From: a virus
Lineage: Duplodnaviria; Caudoviricetes
Length of the DNA: 25,349 nucleotides
Direction: 5' to 3' (one strand)
Virus record (IMG/VR): IMGVR_UViG_3300011335_000312
Span: 1-25,349 of that record
Under the pieces are notes generated by a model. The model saw only the letters and a list, made by a program, of their open reading frames with translations, made no database searches and was not told the DNA's origin. The position numbers and the translations under genes are program-made. This document shows, piece after piece, positions 7,562 through 15,648 of the stretch (within the stretch, counting starts at the first letter, position 1; every line of letters begins with the position of its first letter).

Positions 7562-9847
7562 TTAACTATAAACTTTAGGTGTTCCTTGTGCTAACGCCAT
7601 ATAGTCTAATTGGCTTTCTGCATCAGTGCCAGCCATTTCTGCTTTAATCTGTTCTGCTCTGGTATCATCCAATGCCGCACTTGACAACTTCTGCTTGTCT
7701 TCTGGACTTGGTTCTTTGTTCTTCATTGCTTCAGCACCTGCTTGTATCATTGCCTGAATTTCTTCATCGCTGGGCAGATAACTATTACAGTCTTTGACAC
7801 CCAAAACATAAAGAGTGTCCGCAAAAGGCTTCTTGACCTTTTTATACACTTCTGGTGTTAGAGTGCCACTGGCTACCATAGCCTGAGTTGTAGCATATAA
7901 GTCTTGTTGGCACTTTTGAATAATCTGTAATCTACCCAATGAGTTTTCTTCACTCATCATACCCAATGCCAATGATATGTGTATTTGTTTTCGTTCGCAG
8001 AAGTTCATGTCGTCCCATGCCAAAAAGTCTAAATATTCTGCTTTCTTTTCAGGGTGGAATGTCTGTGCTAACTTCTTAACACCATAGTCGTCACCATACT
8101 GTATCAGTGTACGCCATACTAACCATAGTGCTTCTTTTAATCCTTCGGCAGCATTCTTAACAGTATTGTCTTGAATGATTTGGTTAGGTGTCAATGCCAT
8201 TTGTAGTTTGATACCTGAATTGCCAGGAGCCATAACTTCAGGATTGAATACATCTGTGGGTGTAGTCATACCAACCATGCTCATAGTATCTTGTTGGATA
8301 CGTGTCATAGCAGTTTCTAAAAACGCTAAATTACCGCTGGGTGGTGGAATCTGATATACGTCTTTGGCAGGATCGAATTTACTATCCAAAATAAAGATAG
8401 CACTTTCTCCGTCCTGCATCATTTCAAAATCCACTCTGTCAGGCTTAACACCGATACGTGGAGTTGCTGTTAGTAAACCCAGTTGAATTTCTGCTCTGGC
8501 GGCTGAAGTATTATACTCTTGCATAGGAATAACACTTTCACCTAAAGAGAATCCATAGAAGTTTCCTGGCAGTGGTTTTGGACACATGTTAGCCACAGGA
8601 ATAAATTCTACTTCTCTGGCACTAATAATGTAACTACCGCTATAGATAGTTTCTACCAGTTCTAATTCACCATCACCATCAATATCGTATCTGTTCCAAA
8701 CCGTGACGATGCTGACCTGACGACTATCTGGATCGGCACTGGCAGCACTACTAACGGGTATACCCATAATAGGCACACTATCTCTGGCGTGAATAGCCAA
8801 GTTGTTTAATACACTACCTGCTTGATACGCACCGCTTTGGTTGTATTCAGCATGTTTTCTAAATTGTTCTAAATTGATATCAGGATATAATTCTGTTGCT
8901 TCTTGTATGGTCATTGGGTCATAATACCCGCAGAATGGCTGATCTTTCATTTCAGGAACTGTGGGATCGCATACCCAGTAATGTTGGGCAATAGGATGGA
9001 ATTTAACGTTGATACTATAACCAGTTAGTTTGTATTTGGCTTTGTATATAGTGTTGCGTTTAATGGCAGTATTAAGAATTTCTTCTTGTCCTTCCATTTC
9101 TCCCTGTGCCATTTCACTTTGTTCCAAGACCATAGATTCTGGACTCATGTCATCTTCTTCTGTTTCGGCAAGTTGACTGATACGTGTGTCAATCATTTCC
9201 TGCGACATCATATCTTTTTGCTCACCGAATAACTGCTGAACTTCAGCCATTACTTTTTGCATGTCAACGCTGACTTGTCGCTTGCTTTGGCGTAGTGGGG
9301 TTAACCCTGCTTCAGCGGCTTGTTGTTCGAATGCTCTGAGTTGGTCTGTAGTGCCTGTTGTTTCTACATAACGCACTATCTGTTCTCTAACAGGCTTAAT
9401 CATCATCATGCCATTCTTGTGCATAGCAGCATCCATAATCCAACGCTCTAAAATAAAGTGCGGATCGTTCATTTGATTGACAACCTTTGACACCATGTCA
9501 GTGGCTTGTCTGGCTGCTGTTTCATCTTCTTCACTGTCGGCTACGAATTCAAAATTGATTTCGCCACCTGGCATTAATCCTTTGGCAATAACTGCTGTGG
9601 CATAATCAACCACTGGTTTTACAGTTGGGTGTATGTAGTCAATACCATTGACAGGTGCTGTACTTTCAGTAACAGCCAAGCACAAATAGTGATAATCGGT
9701 TGCTCTGTTTACAGCATTTTTAGTTCCAAGATAACGCAGATAGGATGCCATTTTTACATCCATTAAATTTTTCATTCTAACAAAATTAGAATTGAGTTTT
9801 TTATTCTTATTGATATCTTCGACTGGGATATTTTTAATATCGAGCAT
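7562..9847 (-). CDS. Portal protein (761 aa)
   Basis: DETAARQATDMV...WIMDAAMHKNGMM, WVCDP, YDIDGDGELEL and PLPGNFYGFSLGE motifs typical of P22/SU10-like portals; lies between terminase and scaffold. Confidence 0.9.
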   Translation of the reverse strand: MLDIKNIPVEDINKNKKLNSNFVRMKNLMDVKMASYLRYLGTKNAVNRATDYHYLCLAVTESTAPVNGIDYIHPTVKPVVDYATAVIAKGLMPGGEINFEFVADSEEDETAARQATDMVSKVVNQMNDPHFILERWIMDAAMHKNGMMMIKPVREQIVRYVETTGTTDQLRAFEQQAAEAGLTPLRQSKRQVSVDMQKVMAEVQQLFGEQKDMMSQEMIDTRISQLAETEEDDMSPESMVLEQSEMAQGEMEGQEEILNTAIKRNTIYKAKYKLTGYSINVKFHPIAQHYWVCDPTVPEMKDQPFCGYYDPMTIQEATELYPDINLEQFRKHAEYNQSGAYQAGSVLNNLAIHARDSVPIMGIPVSSAASADPDSRQVSIVTVWNRYDIDGDGELELVETIYSGSYIISAREVEFIPVANMCPKPLPGNFYGFSLGESVIPMQEYNTSAARAEIQLGLLTATPRIGVKPDRVDFEMMQDGESAIFILDSKFDPAKDVYQIPPPSGNLAFLETAMTRIQQDTMSMVGMTTPTDVFNPEVMAPGNSGIKLQMALTPNQIIQDNTVKNAAEGLKEALWLVWRTLIQYGDDYGVKKLAQTFHPEKKAEYLDFLAWDDMNFCERKQIHISLALGMMSEENSLGRLQIIQKCQQDLYATTQAMVASGTLTPEVYKKVKKPFADTLYVLGVKDCNSYLPSDEEIQAMIQAGAEAMKNKEPSPEDKQKLSSAALDDTRAEQIKAEMAGTDAESQLDYMALAQGTPKVYS

Positions 9848-9874
9848 ATTGGTAATTTACCTTTAATTTATCTA

Positions 9875-9881
9875 TTATTTA
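9875..9881 (-). promoter_or_regulatory. TAAATAA late-type promoter for the portal gene (leadered)
   Basis: CGC-TAAATA-ATAGATAAATTAAAGGTAAATTACCAAT-ATG(9847). Shares CTAAATAATAGAT with the 7549-7561 site and overlaps the stop of the 40-aa ORF. Confidence 0.65.
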
Positions 9882-9997
9882 GCGTTTTCTTTAGGCACTG
9901 GCTTCTGCTCTTTTGGGTCTTTTTTCCCAAATATTGCGTCCCAATTGTCTCTAACTTTTTTAACGTCTTCCCTGCGTCGGTTACTTCCTTTTCCCAT
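9875..9997 (-). CDS. Small basic phage protein, 40 aa (not in the ORF track)
   Basis: MGKGSNRRREDVKKVRDNWDAIFGKKDPKEQKPVPKENAK; SD GGAGAGG; fills the gap. GKGS...NWDxIFGK is a small-protein pattern I recognise from aquatic phages. Confidence 0.75.
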   Translation of the reverse strand: MGKGSNRRREDVKKVRDNWDAIFGKKDPKEQKPVPKENAK

Positions 9998-10220
9998 AAG
10001 CCTCTCCTACATCTAATGCTGTGCGTATTCTATCCAGTTCTTCTGGACTGACCATAAAAAAGAATTCACGCCAGCCTAATTCTGGCACGTATTTTTTGAT
10101 CTTTAATACATATTGTTCTTCACTGTGCTTGCGTAATGTCAAATCTAATTTATAATCTTCTCTGTTGGTAATGTTTGCTTCTGGTGTTCTGCCTGGTGCG
10201 GGTGTTACTGGTTGTTTCAT
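9981..10220 (-). CDS. Hypothetical protein (79 aa)
   Basis: SD TAAGGA, 9 nt after the TerL stop; plausible beta-beta-beta-alpha pattern. Confidence 0.7.
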   Translation of the reverse strand: MKQPVTPAPGRTPEANITNREDYKLDLTLRKHSEEQYVLKIKKYVPELGWREFFFMVSPEELDRIRTALDVGEAYGKRK

Positions 10221-10229
10221 TTCTGTTCC

Positions 10230-11846
10230 TTAATTTGGTGAGTATGTTTTTTTCCACGCTGGTTTATTCGTGTCATCATATTTAATATATCTTTCTCTGT
10301 GTGCTCGCATACGCTGTTGTGGTGTTCTATCATCCCAGGGTTCTGCGATGCCTTGTAATACCGCTATCAATGCGTATCGGCAACTGTCAATACAATCATC
10401 AGGGTCGCTGAATCTGCCTTTTTCATCAACGAAGTAGTTTTGTGCTTCTGTTAAGAAGTTAGTGCAGTTTTCATTAATATACAATGTGCCTGTTTCAAAC
10501 ATTTGTCGCATTTGGTTAATACCATAACTTTTATGATTAGTCTGCTTGCCATCAGCATCAGGTGGGTTCATAATAGCCTTTTCATACAAGTTTAATCCAT
10601 AGCCCTCAAATAGTTCACGTATACTGTTACTGCTCATAGTATACCTGCCTTTGGTTGACGCATCTGCTGGCAATACAATAGGTGTGCCAAATACTTCAGG
10701 TCTGAGCAGGTGATTGACATATTGTGTAGGTACTGCTTCTTCTATGCCTTGTATAACAATCTGTCTGTGTAAGTATGCCACTTTCTCGTGCGGCTCCCAA
10801 TACATTAGACTGATAACTGTTTTGTCGTTGACAAGTCCAAGGTCAAGTGCTATAACACGCTGAATGTTTGGCATTCTGTTAAAATCAACTTCACCTGTTT
10901 TGTATGTCACTGCTGTCCAATCACCTAACTGGAATACAGCACCTTTGCCCATTACGGGTTTACCCGCAATGCGTGCTTCACGCTCGTGCGGTAGATAATC
11001 TCGTTCTAACTGTCGTCTTGTTTCTTTTAACAGGAACGGCTGACCCCATGGATCATATTCAGGTACATCATCCCAACTTACTCGGATAAAGTTGTAGCCT
11101 TGTTCGTGGTTCCAGAACTTACTTACAAGTCCGTTTAATCCTTTAAGTGGAGTAAACGAACATAGAACTTTTCCTTGCGTAGTTGCTGTTCGAGTAACAA
11201 TCTCACTGAAGAAATCATCAGGCGGTTGTTCATCGAAGACTGCCAAATTAAGTTTAAAACCTTGTAATTGTCTAACCTCCTGCGTATAATTAGCAAATAA
11301 AAGATAACTATTGGCACCACTGACATGCTTAATCTCAACACCGATACAGTTGGCTCCATCATTTCGCATAGTATCGACAATGATACAACTGCGAGGAATA
11401 ACACCAGTTCCCAGGTTTTCAGTAATTTTAACATCTTGGCTTCCTAACAATTCGTTTTGTAGCACCAATGCTACCTGTGACCAGCCTTCGCCAGCCACCA
11501 TACAAGTTATTGGTGCTGTGAATCTATGTCCAACCCACCATTCAGGATATAATCCTGTTAGATGGCAAGCAGTTTCATAACAAGTACTTACTGTCTTACC
11601 AATCCTGTTAGCAGCCAATATGCCTCGTCTGCTGTGTTCGCCTGTGGCAAAGAATTTAAGTTGATGGTCAAATGGTCTAAAGTATTTTAAGTGATTAAAC
11701 TTCATATCTTCAGTTACACTAATAGCCAAATCCATGAGTTGTTCTTTTAGTTGACCGCTGAGATTACCCAGATTATCCATCTGTAAATCATACTTGTCCA
11801 CTGCCCAACGCAATGCTCTTGCCATTAATACATCTTGACCAATCAT
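10230..11846 (-). CDS. terL: Terminase large subunit
   Basis: PFDHQ adenine motif, Walker A AANRIGKT, Walker B LAVFDE, coupling motif FTP, nuclease acidic residues ALDLG and DDCIDSCRY. The ANRIGKT form resembles P22 gp2-like terminases. Confidence 0.97.
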   Translation of the reverse strand: MIGQDVLMARALRWAVDKYDLQMDNLGNLSGQLKEQLMDLAISVTEDMKFNHLKYFRPFDHQLKFFATGEHSRRGILAANRIGKTVSTCYETACHLTGLYPEWWVGHRFTAPITCMVAGEGWSQVALVLQNELLGSQDVKITENLGTGVIPRSCIIVDTMRNDGANCIGVEIKHVSGANSYLLFANYTQEVRQLQGFKLNLAVFDEQPPDDFFSEIVTRTATTQGKVLCSFTPLKGLNGLVSKFWNHEQGYNFIRVSWDDVPEYDPWGQPFLLKETRRQLERDYLPHEREARIAGKPVMGKGAVFQLGDWTAVTYKTGEVDFNRMPNIQRVIALDLGLVNDKTVISLMYWEPHEKVAYLHRQIVIQGIEEAVPTQYVNHLLRPEVFGTPIVLPADASTKGRYTMSSNSIRELFEGYGLNLYEKAIMNPPDADGKQTNHKSYGINQMRQMFETGTLYINENCTNFLTEAQNYFVDEKGRFSDPDDCIDSCRYALIAVLQGIAEPWDDRTPQQRMRAHRERYIKYDDTNKPAWKKTYSPN

Positions 11847-12151
11847 TACTCAGGCTTCATGTTAATGCGAATAGAATTTACAGCAGCCATAGCGTGAGCA
11901 AGGTCTGAGATTTCTCGGCAATTTAATATCCAAGTTTCTGGATTATGCAGGTCTGTGGTTTCCATTTTGGTTAACCCTGTTTGTAATCGTTCTGTGATTA
12001 AACGCAGAACGTGTTCAACCTGACCTGGGTATTTGTCAGCGAATGCTATACGATGAGTGGCATTAACCTTTTGCATGATTAATGTATCTCTGACCATACG
12101 CTCTTGTTGTGCCTGATGGATTTGCCCATCACGGATTGTGTTATCGGTCAT
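11846..12151 (-). CDS. Hypothetical helical protein (101 aa), positional terminase small-subunit candidate; start revised to 12151
   Basis: ATG 12151 (MTDNTIRDG...) has SD GAGGAGG and avoids overlap with the upstream gene; stop is coupled to terL by TAATG. Confidence 0.65.
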   Translation of the reverse strand: MTDNTIRDGQIHQAQQERMVRDTLIMQKVNATHRIAFADKYPGQVEHVLRLITERLQTGLTKMETTDLHNPETWILNCREISDLAHAMAAVNSIRINMKPE

Positions 12152-12152
12152 A

Positions 12153-12953
12153 TCAACCTCCTCTTGTGTCAGTGCCCCATGGGTCGACAATGGCTTCTTG
12201 GTTAAACTGTCCAAAATCACGGTCAACGAATGTGTCCCAGATATTGCCAGCATTAATTCTCATGCTCTGCATCATAGTGCGTAGTCTGCGACCAACTGGA
12301 GTTAGTGTGCCATCTTCACGTTGAACTGTTTGCTCGCCTGTGCAAGCACCAATCCATTTAATGATTTCAGGACGCTCTCTGCCATACTTGTCAATTTTAG
12401 TGCCTGTTTCTTTTTGTTCCCAGGGTCCGTTGATTTCATAACTGATAGTGCCATCATTATACTTGCGGAATGTGCAGTGACATTTCTTACCAATGGCTCT
12501 AAATTCTGGATCGGGATGCGGAACAAACGGACTGAAGAAGTAATTTTGCATTTCACTTACAGGCGGTAATGTAGGATCTCTGTCAGGAATAGGTGGGAAT
12601 GGTTCAACAGGTATCATATCCGTTTTATCAACATAAGGGTTATTACTACCTATGAATAATGGATCTACTTCTTCGCCATTTAATACATCCATGGCTGTTT
12701 GATACTTGAGTTTATTTGCTCTGCCTTTTAGATTGAGAACAATGCCTGTTTCGTCAAAAACAAATCGTTCTAATTCTTTGGCTGTGGGGAAGTCTGTCAT
12801 CAGTCCTTCCAAATCATAGACAGCGTTACTGGTAGATTTAGGTACAATACCTGCTACTTGTTCTGTTGTTGCTGTGACTTTTGGTTGTATGGGTTCGTCG
12901 CCCCAGGGACTTGCTACATCTGTAGGCGTGGTTGATTGTGGTGTTTTGCTCAT
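12153..12953 (-). CDS. Hypothetical protein (266 aa)
   Basis: Long ORF, SD TAAGGA, own TAAATAA box; no family recognised. Confidence 0.8.
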   Translation of the reverse strand: MSKTPQSTTPTDVASPWGDEPIQPKVTATTEQVAGIVPKSTSNAVYDLEGLMTDFPTAKELERFVFDETGIVLNLKGRANKLKYQTAMDVLNGEEVDPLFIGSNNPYVDKTDMIPVEPFPPIPDRDPTLPPVSEMQNYFFSPFVPHPDPEFRAIGKKCHCTFRKYNDGTISYEINGPWEQKETGTKIDKYGRERPEIIKWIGACTGEQTVQREDGTLTPVGRRLRTMMQSMRINAGNIWDTFVDRDFGQFNQEAIVDPWGTDTRGG

Positions 12954-12979
12954 GTCATTTCCTTAATTTACAATACCAT

Positions 12980-13001
12980 AACAAGGGCTATTGCCCTTGT
13001 T
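12980..13001. other. Perfect 9-bp hairpin AACAAGGGC-TATT-GCCCTTGTT
   Basis: Inverted repeat in an intergenic gap. T-run follows on the + strand; on the - strand it begins 2 nt after TAAATA. Confidence 0.7.
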
Positions 13002-13002
13002 T

Positions 13003-13009
13003 TTATTTA
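13003..13009 (-). promoter_or_regulatory. TAAATAA late-type promoter (leadered) for the 266-aa gene/terL operon
   Basis: TGC-TAAATA-AAAAC... in the gap between 13024 and 12953. Confidence 0.6.
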
Positions 13010-13023
13010 GCAGTAGACTGCTG

Positions 13024-13329
13024 TTATTTCTTGGGAGATTTATACTTGCTGGGTAATTTTGCACCATCCGCAGTTGAATTGCGTTTTGGTCCAACATTAG
13101 TGTTAGCGTGTAAACCTTCGACAGTAGGATCAATAAACGGCTTCATACCGATACCACGATTTGCTACTGCATTAGTTACCATGTCTGCAAGTGCTGATTT
13201 CTCATTACCTGAACTGGCTTTTTCCTTCATAAACGTTTCACGCTTACTACCTAAATCTTGGTTGCCCATTGTAGGACCACGCTTTTGATTAATGGCTTTA
13301 CTCTGTGGGTTTGCTGATGACATTCTCAT
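13024..13329 (-). CDS. Basic low-complexity protein (101 aa)
   Basis: ATGA-coupled to the upstream gene; K/G/N/S-rich; contains INQKRGPTMGNQ. Confidence 0.75.
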   Translation of the reverse strand: MRMSSANPQSKAINQKRGPTMGNQDLGSKRETFMKEKASSGNEKSALADMVTNAVANRGIGMKPFIDPTVEGLHANTNVGPKRNSTADGAKLPSKYKSPKK

Positions 13330-13640
13330 AGTTGATTTCCTTTTGTTGGTCCACGACCGAAGTTAAAACTTTCTTTGCCACGGTTAGGGAATTCTTTAGT
13401 GCTGCCATCACTGACTGCTTGACGCTTTTGTGGATGACTGCTACCAGAGATCATATCGCTACAATATGGCATACTTTTTCCGCCACCTGTAGGTCCACGC
13501 CCTTTGTTGATTAATGCATTGGGATTTGGACTTTCATATTGATTTCCTGAGAATTTATTTGAACCACGATTTACTCCATCGCCCTTCATTCCTGCGAAAT
13601 CTAAACTGTGATCGCTTTGTGTAATACTATTTGGTTTCAT
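13326..13640 (-). CDS. Basic G/N/S-rich protein (104 aa)
   Basis: ATGA-coupled at both ends; SD AAAGGA; contains INKGRGPTGGGK and NFGRGPTKGNQ. Confidence 0.75.
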   Translation of the reverse strand: MKPNSITQSDHSLDFAGMKGDGVNRGSNKFSGNQYESPNPNALINKGRGPTGGGKSMPYCSDMISGSSHPQKRQAVSDGSTKEFPNRGKESFNFGRGPTKGNQL

Positions 13641-13780
13641 TTTGCTTTTCCTTTTTTAGCGGCTGCTCTTTTTTCGCTATAAGCGATTGCCACTGCCTGC
13701 TTTTGGGGCTTGCCTGCGGCTATTTCTCGTTTAACATTCTTTGTGAATGCTTGTTTACTTGTTGATTTAATTAACGGCAT
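13637..13780 (-). CDS. Small basic phage protein, 47 aa (not in the ORF track)
   Basis: MPLIKSTSKQAFTKNVKREIAAGKPQKQAVAIAYSEKRAAAKKGKAK matches the widespread MPL...GKPQKQAVAIA small phage protein pattern. ATG 5 nt after TAAATA; ATGA overlap with the next gene. Confidence 0.85.
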   Translation of the reverse strand: MPLIKSTSKQAFTKNVKREIAAGKPQKQAVAIAYSEKRAAAKKGKAK

Positions 13781-13784
13781 ACTA

Positions 13785-13791
13785 TTATTTA
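13785..13791 (-). promoter_or_regulatory. TAAATAA late-type promoter; leaderless start
   Basis: GGC-TAAATA-ATAGT-ATG(13780). Confidence 0.7.
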
Positions 13792-13795
13792 GCCT

Positions 13796-14311
13796 TTAGT
13801 ATTGTCCATAAGTCTTTGTCGGGACTTGATTTTGTGTGTTTTGCATATTTTGTAACATGTCCATTGGTTGAATCATGCCTTTGCCACCACCGTATCCACC
13901 GCCACCACCAATAGGTTGAATTAAACCTTTACCACCACCAAAACCTGGGTTAGGTGTTGGATTAGGATTAAATGGCTGTGGTTGACGCAATTTTAATATG
14001 CCGCCACCAGCCTGACTTTCTGCTACTTTTTGAGCAGGAGTTTGTGGCATCATACCACTTAAATCTAATTTTGGTGGACCGCCTTGATAATTATTATCTG
14101 GGATTAATCCTCTGGCAAAATTTCCGCCTGCTTGTCCTATTGCAGGTAACGCAGTTCTACCAAAATCAGTGGTTGATTGTTGTCCAGCACTGGTCATTTG
14201 GTTTTGTATAGTATCGCCTAAACCATTAGTAATTTGGTTCATTGGACCAGATTTGCCACCACCATAGCCGCCATCTTGTTGTCCACCTTGATTCATTGTA
14301 CTATAACTCAT
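13796..14311 (-). CDS. G/Q/P/M-rich, probably disordered protein (171 aa)
   Basis: ATGA-coupled to the upstream gene; SD AAGGA; three G(Y/F)GGGK repeats. Confidence 0.75.
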   Translation of the reverse strand: MSYSTMNQGGQQDGGYGGGKSGPMNQITNGLGDTIQNQMTSAGQQSTTDFGRTALPAIGQAGGNFARGLIPDNNYQGGPPKLDLSGMMPQTPAQKVAESQAGGGILKLRQPQPFNPNPTPNPGFGGGKGLIQPIGGGGGYGGGKGMIQPMDMLQNMQNTQNQVPTKTYGQY

Positions 14312-14688
14312 TCTGCGTCCTTGGAATTTAGTGCAGTTAATTTTGCCAGTGCATCTGCAAATGCCTGTTGTTTGGCGGCTACTACATCGGAACTATCTGT
14401 GACTTCAATCTTGGCTAATGTGTTCATCACTTTACTTAAAATAAGATTGTGATATTTGATTACAGCCTGACTATCGCCTCTGGCTCGGCAGTTTAAGAAG
14501 TCTTCGATTAATAATTCTTCGTAATCTTTGCCACTTGTTTGAGCATATATATTTTCCAATAAATGTTTGATCGTGACATTATCCTTGCTGCCTTTGGGTC
14601 TGCCAGCATTAGGACGATATCCACCCTTGGCGTTTATACCTTTGGGATTTGGATTTGCTTTTGTTGGAACAATTTTCTTTGTTGTCAT
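14308..14688 (-). CDS. Terminase small subunit-like protein (126 aa); start revised to 14688
   Basis: MTTKKIVP...GGYRPNAGRPKGSKD is an N-terminal motif common in TerS-like proteins, followed by helices and a KIEVT strand. ATG 14688 lies 5 nt after TATAAATA; the track's extension runs through the promoter region. Confidence 0.6.
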   Translation of the reverse strand: MTTKKIVPTKANPNPKGINAKGGYRPNAGRPKGSKDNVTIKHLLENIYAQTSGKDYEELLIEDFLNCRARGDSQAVIKYHNLILSKVMNTLAKIEVTDSSDVVAAKQQAFADALAKLTALNSKDAE

Positions 14689-14692
14689 AATA

Positions 14693-14701
14693 TTATTTAT
14701 A
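14693..14701 (-). promoter_or_regulatory. TATAAATA(A) late-type promoter; leaderless start
   Basis: TG-TATAAATA-ATATT-ATG(14688); nearly identical context to the 4740-4748 site. Confidence 0.75.
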
Positions 14702-14706
14702 CAGAT

Positions 14707-14712
14707 TAAATA
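14707..14712 (+). promoter_or_regulatory. TAAATA late-type promoter for the only + strand gene
   Basis: AT-TAAATA-GTAGAGCA-ATG(14721)-AAAGGA-ACTGCA-ATG(14736); back-to-back with the minus-strand box. Confidence 0.6.
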
Positions 14713-14720
14713 GTAGAGCA

Positions 14721-15221
14721 ATGAAAGGAACTGCAATGAAACAATACACTTGGCGACCAGCCAACGGCACTGATGTCGGTGCTATAGTCGCACTGGCTGA
14801 AAGCCACTTCCAAACTGAAATTGATAACATCTTTACTCCCAGCCCCTTGGCTTACAGTAGGAATATAACCTATGCGGTTGTTAATCAATTCTTCTCTCCT
14901 AATACTGAACTCCTTTACGTCGTTTACGATAATGATAACCTCATTGGTTATACTTGGGCTAAAGCCTGTGAATATGCACCTTGGAGCGATGATCCAATGG
15001 TAAGCGTTCGCATGGTGCATCTTGATCTACACTTAACAAGTAGAGACAGAGTGCGATTAATACAAGATATGATGAAATTGTGGGAAACTTTTGCATCATC
15101 CATCAATGTCAAAATAATCTGTAGTACTACCATGCGTCGTGATCAAACTGTTTTTCTTAAATTACATGAACGCAACGGCTACGATGTACGTGGCAGTTAC
15201 GCATATAAAAAGTTAGTCTAA
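14721..15221 (+). CDS. GNAT-fold (acetyltransferase-like) protein; start may be 14736
   Basis: WRPANGTDVGAIVAL, VVYDNDNLIGY and LHERNGY match the GNAT pattern. Motif A (R/QxxGxG) is not present. The in-frame ATG 14736 has SD AAAGGA. Confidence 0.65.
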   Translation: MKGTAMKQYTWRPANGTDVGAIVALAESHFQTEIDNIFTPSPLAYSRNITYAVVNQFFSPNTELLYVVYDNDNLIGYTWAKACEYAPWSDDPMVSVRMVHLDLHLTSRDRVRLIQDMMKLWETFASSINVKIICSTTMRRDQTVFLKLHERNGYDVRGSYAYKKLV

Positions 15222-15644
15222 TGTTGACCTCAACATCCATATGCTCTTATTCAAATCTAAAATCTGTTCTTGAGCATAGTTGGCTATCTCATCGTGCTCA
15301 TCTTCTTCTGCTACTTCGTTTAATTCTTTATAACAATCGCATAACTGTAGTAAATCAGCCAAGACCATGTTTAACAACTCATCTGCCGTACCTTCTATTG
15401 GGTCTGTGGGCAAATCTGAGTTGCTGATAATCTCACTTAAGTCTGTGGGCATAAACTCTTGTAAGGTGCGTAGTAGTTCACCTATAATATCTATCTGTGC
15501 TTGTCTGCGTTCATACACGCCTTGAAGCAACTTGTGGTCGCTTCTAAAACTTCTGCCAGTGACATTTGCATGTGCGGCATGGCTTCTGTAGTATGCTACG
15601 AAGTTGTCATAAAAGACTTGTGTTAGTTGGTCGGTTGTGTTCAT
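15213..15644 (-). CDS. dps: Dps/ferritin-like protein (143 aa)
   Basis: HANVTGRSFRSDH...Y...DIIGE corresponds to Dps HWNVxGxxFxxLH...DxxAE; C-terminal KSIWMLRS is typical of Dps. Confidence 0.85.
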   Translation of the reverse strand: MNTTDQLTQVFYDNFVAYYRSHAAHANVTGRSFRSDHKLLQGVYERRQAQIDIIGELLRTLQEFMPTDLSEIISNSDLPTDPIEGTADELLNMVLADLLQLCDCYKELNEVAEEDEHDEIANYAQEQILDLNKSIWMLRSTLD

Positions 15645-15648
15645 AATG

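Noticed and set aside
8660-8695. DIDGDGELE in the portal as a novel EF-hand insertion
   Set aside because: A DxDGDG loop is, to my knowledge, a regular feature of this portal family and not unusual.
14689-14736. Track start 14736 for the TerS-like gene (and likewise 12253 for the pre-terL gene)
   Set aside because: The extensions overlap other genes or promoters. ATG 14688 (promoter spacing) and ATG 12151 (GAGGAGG SD) are better supported.
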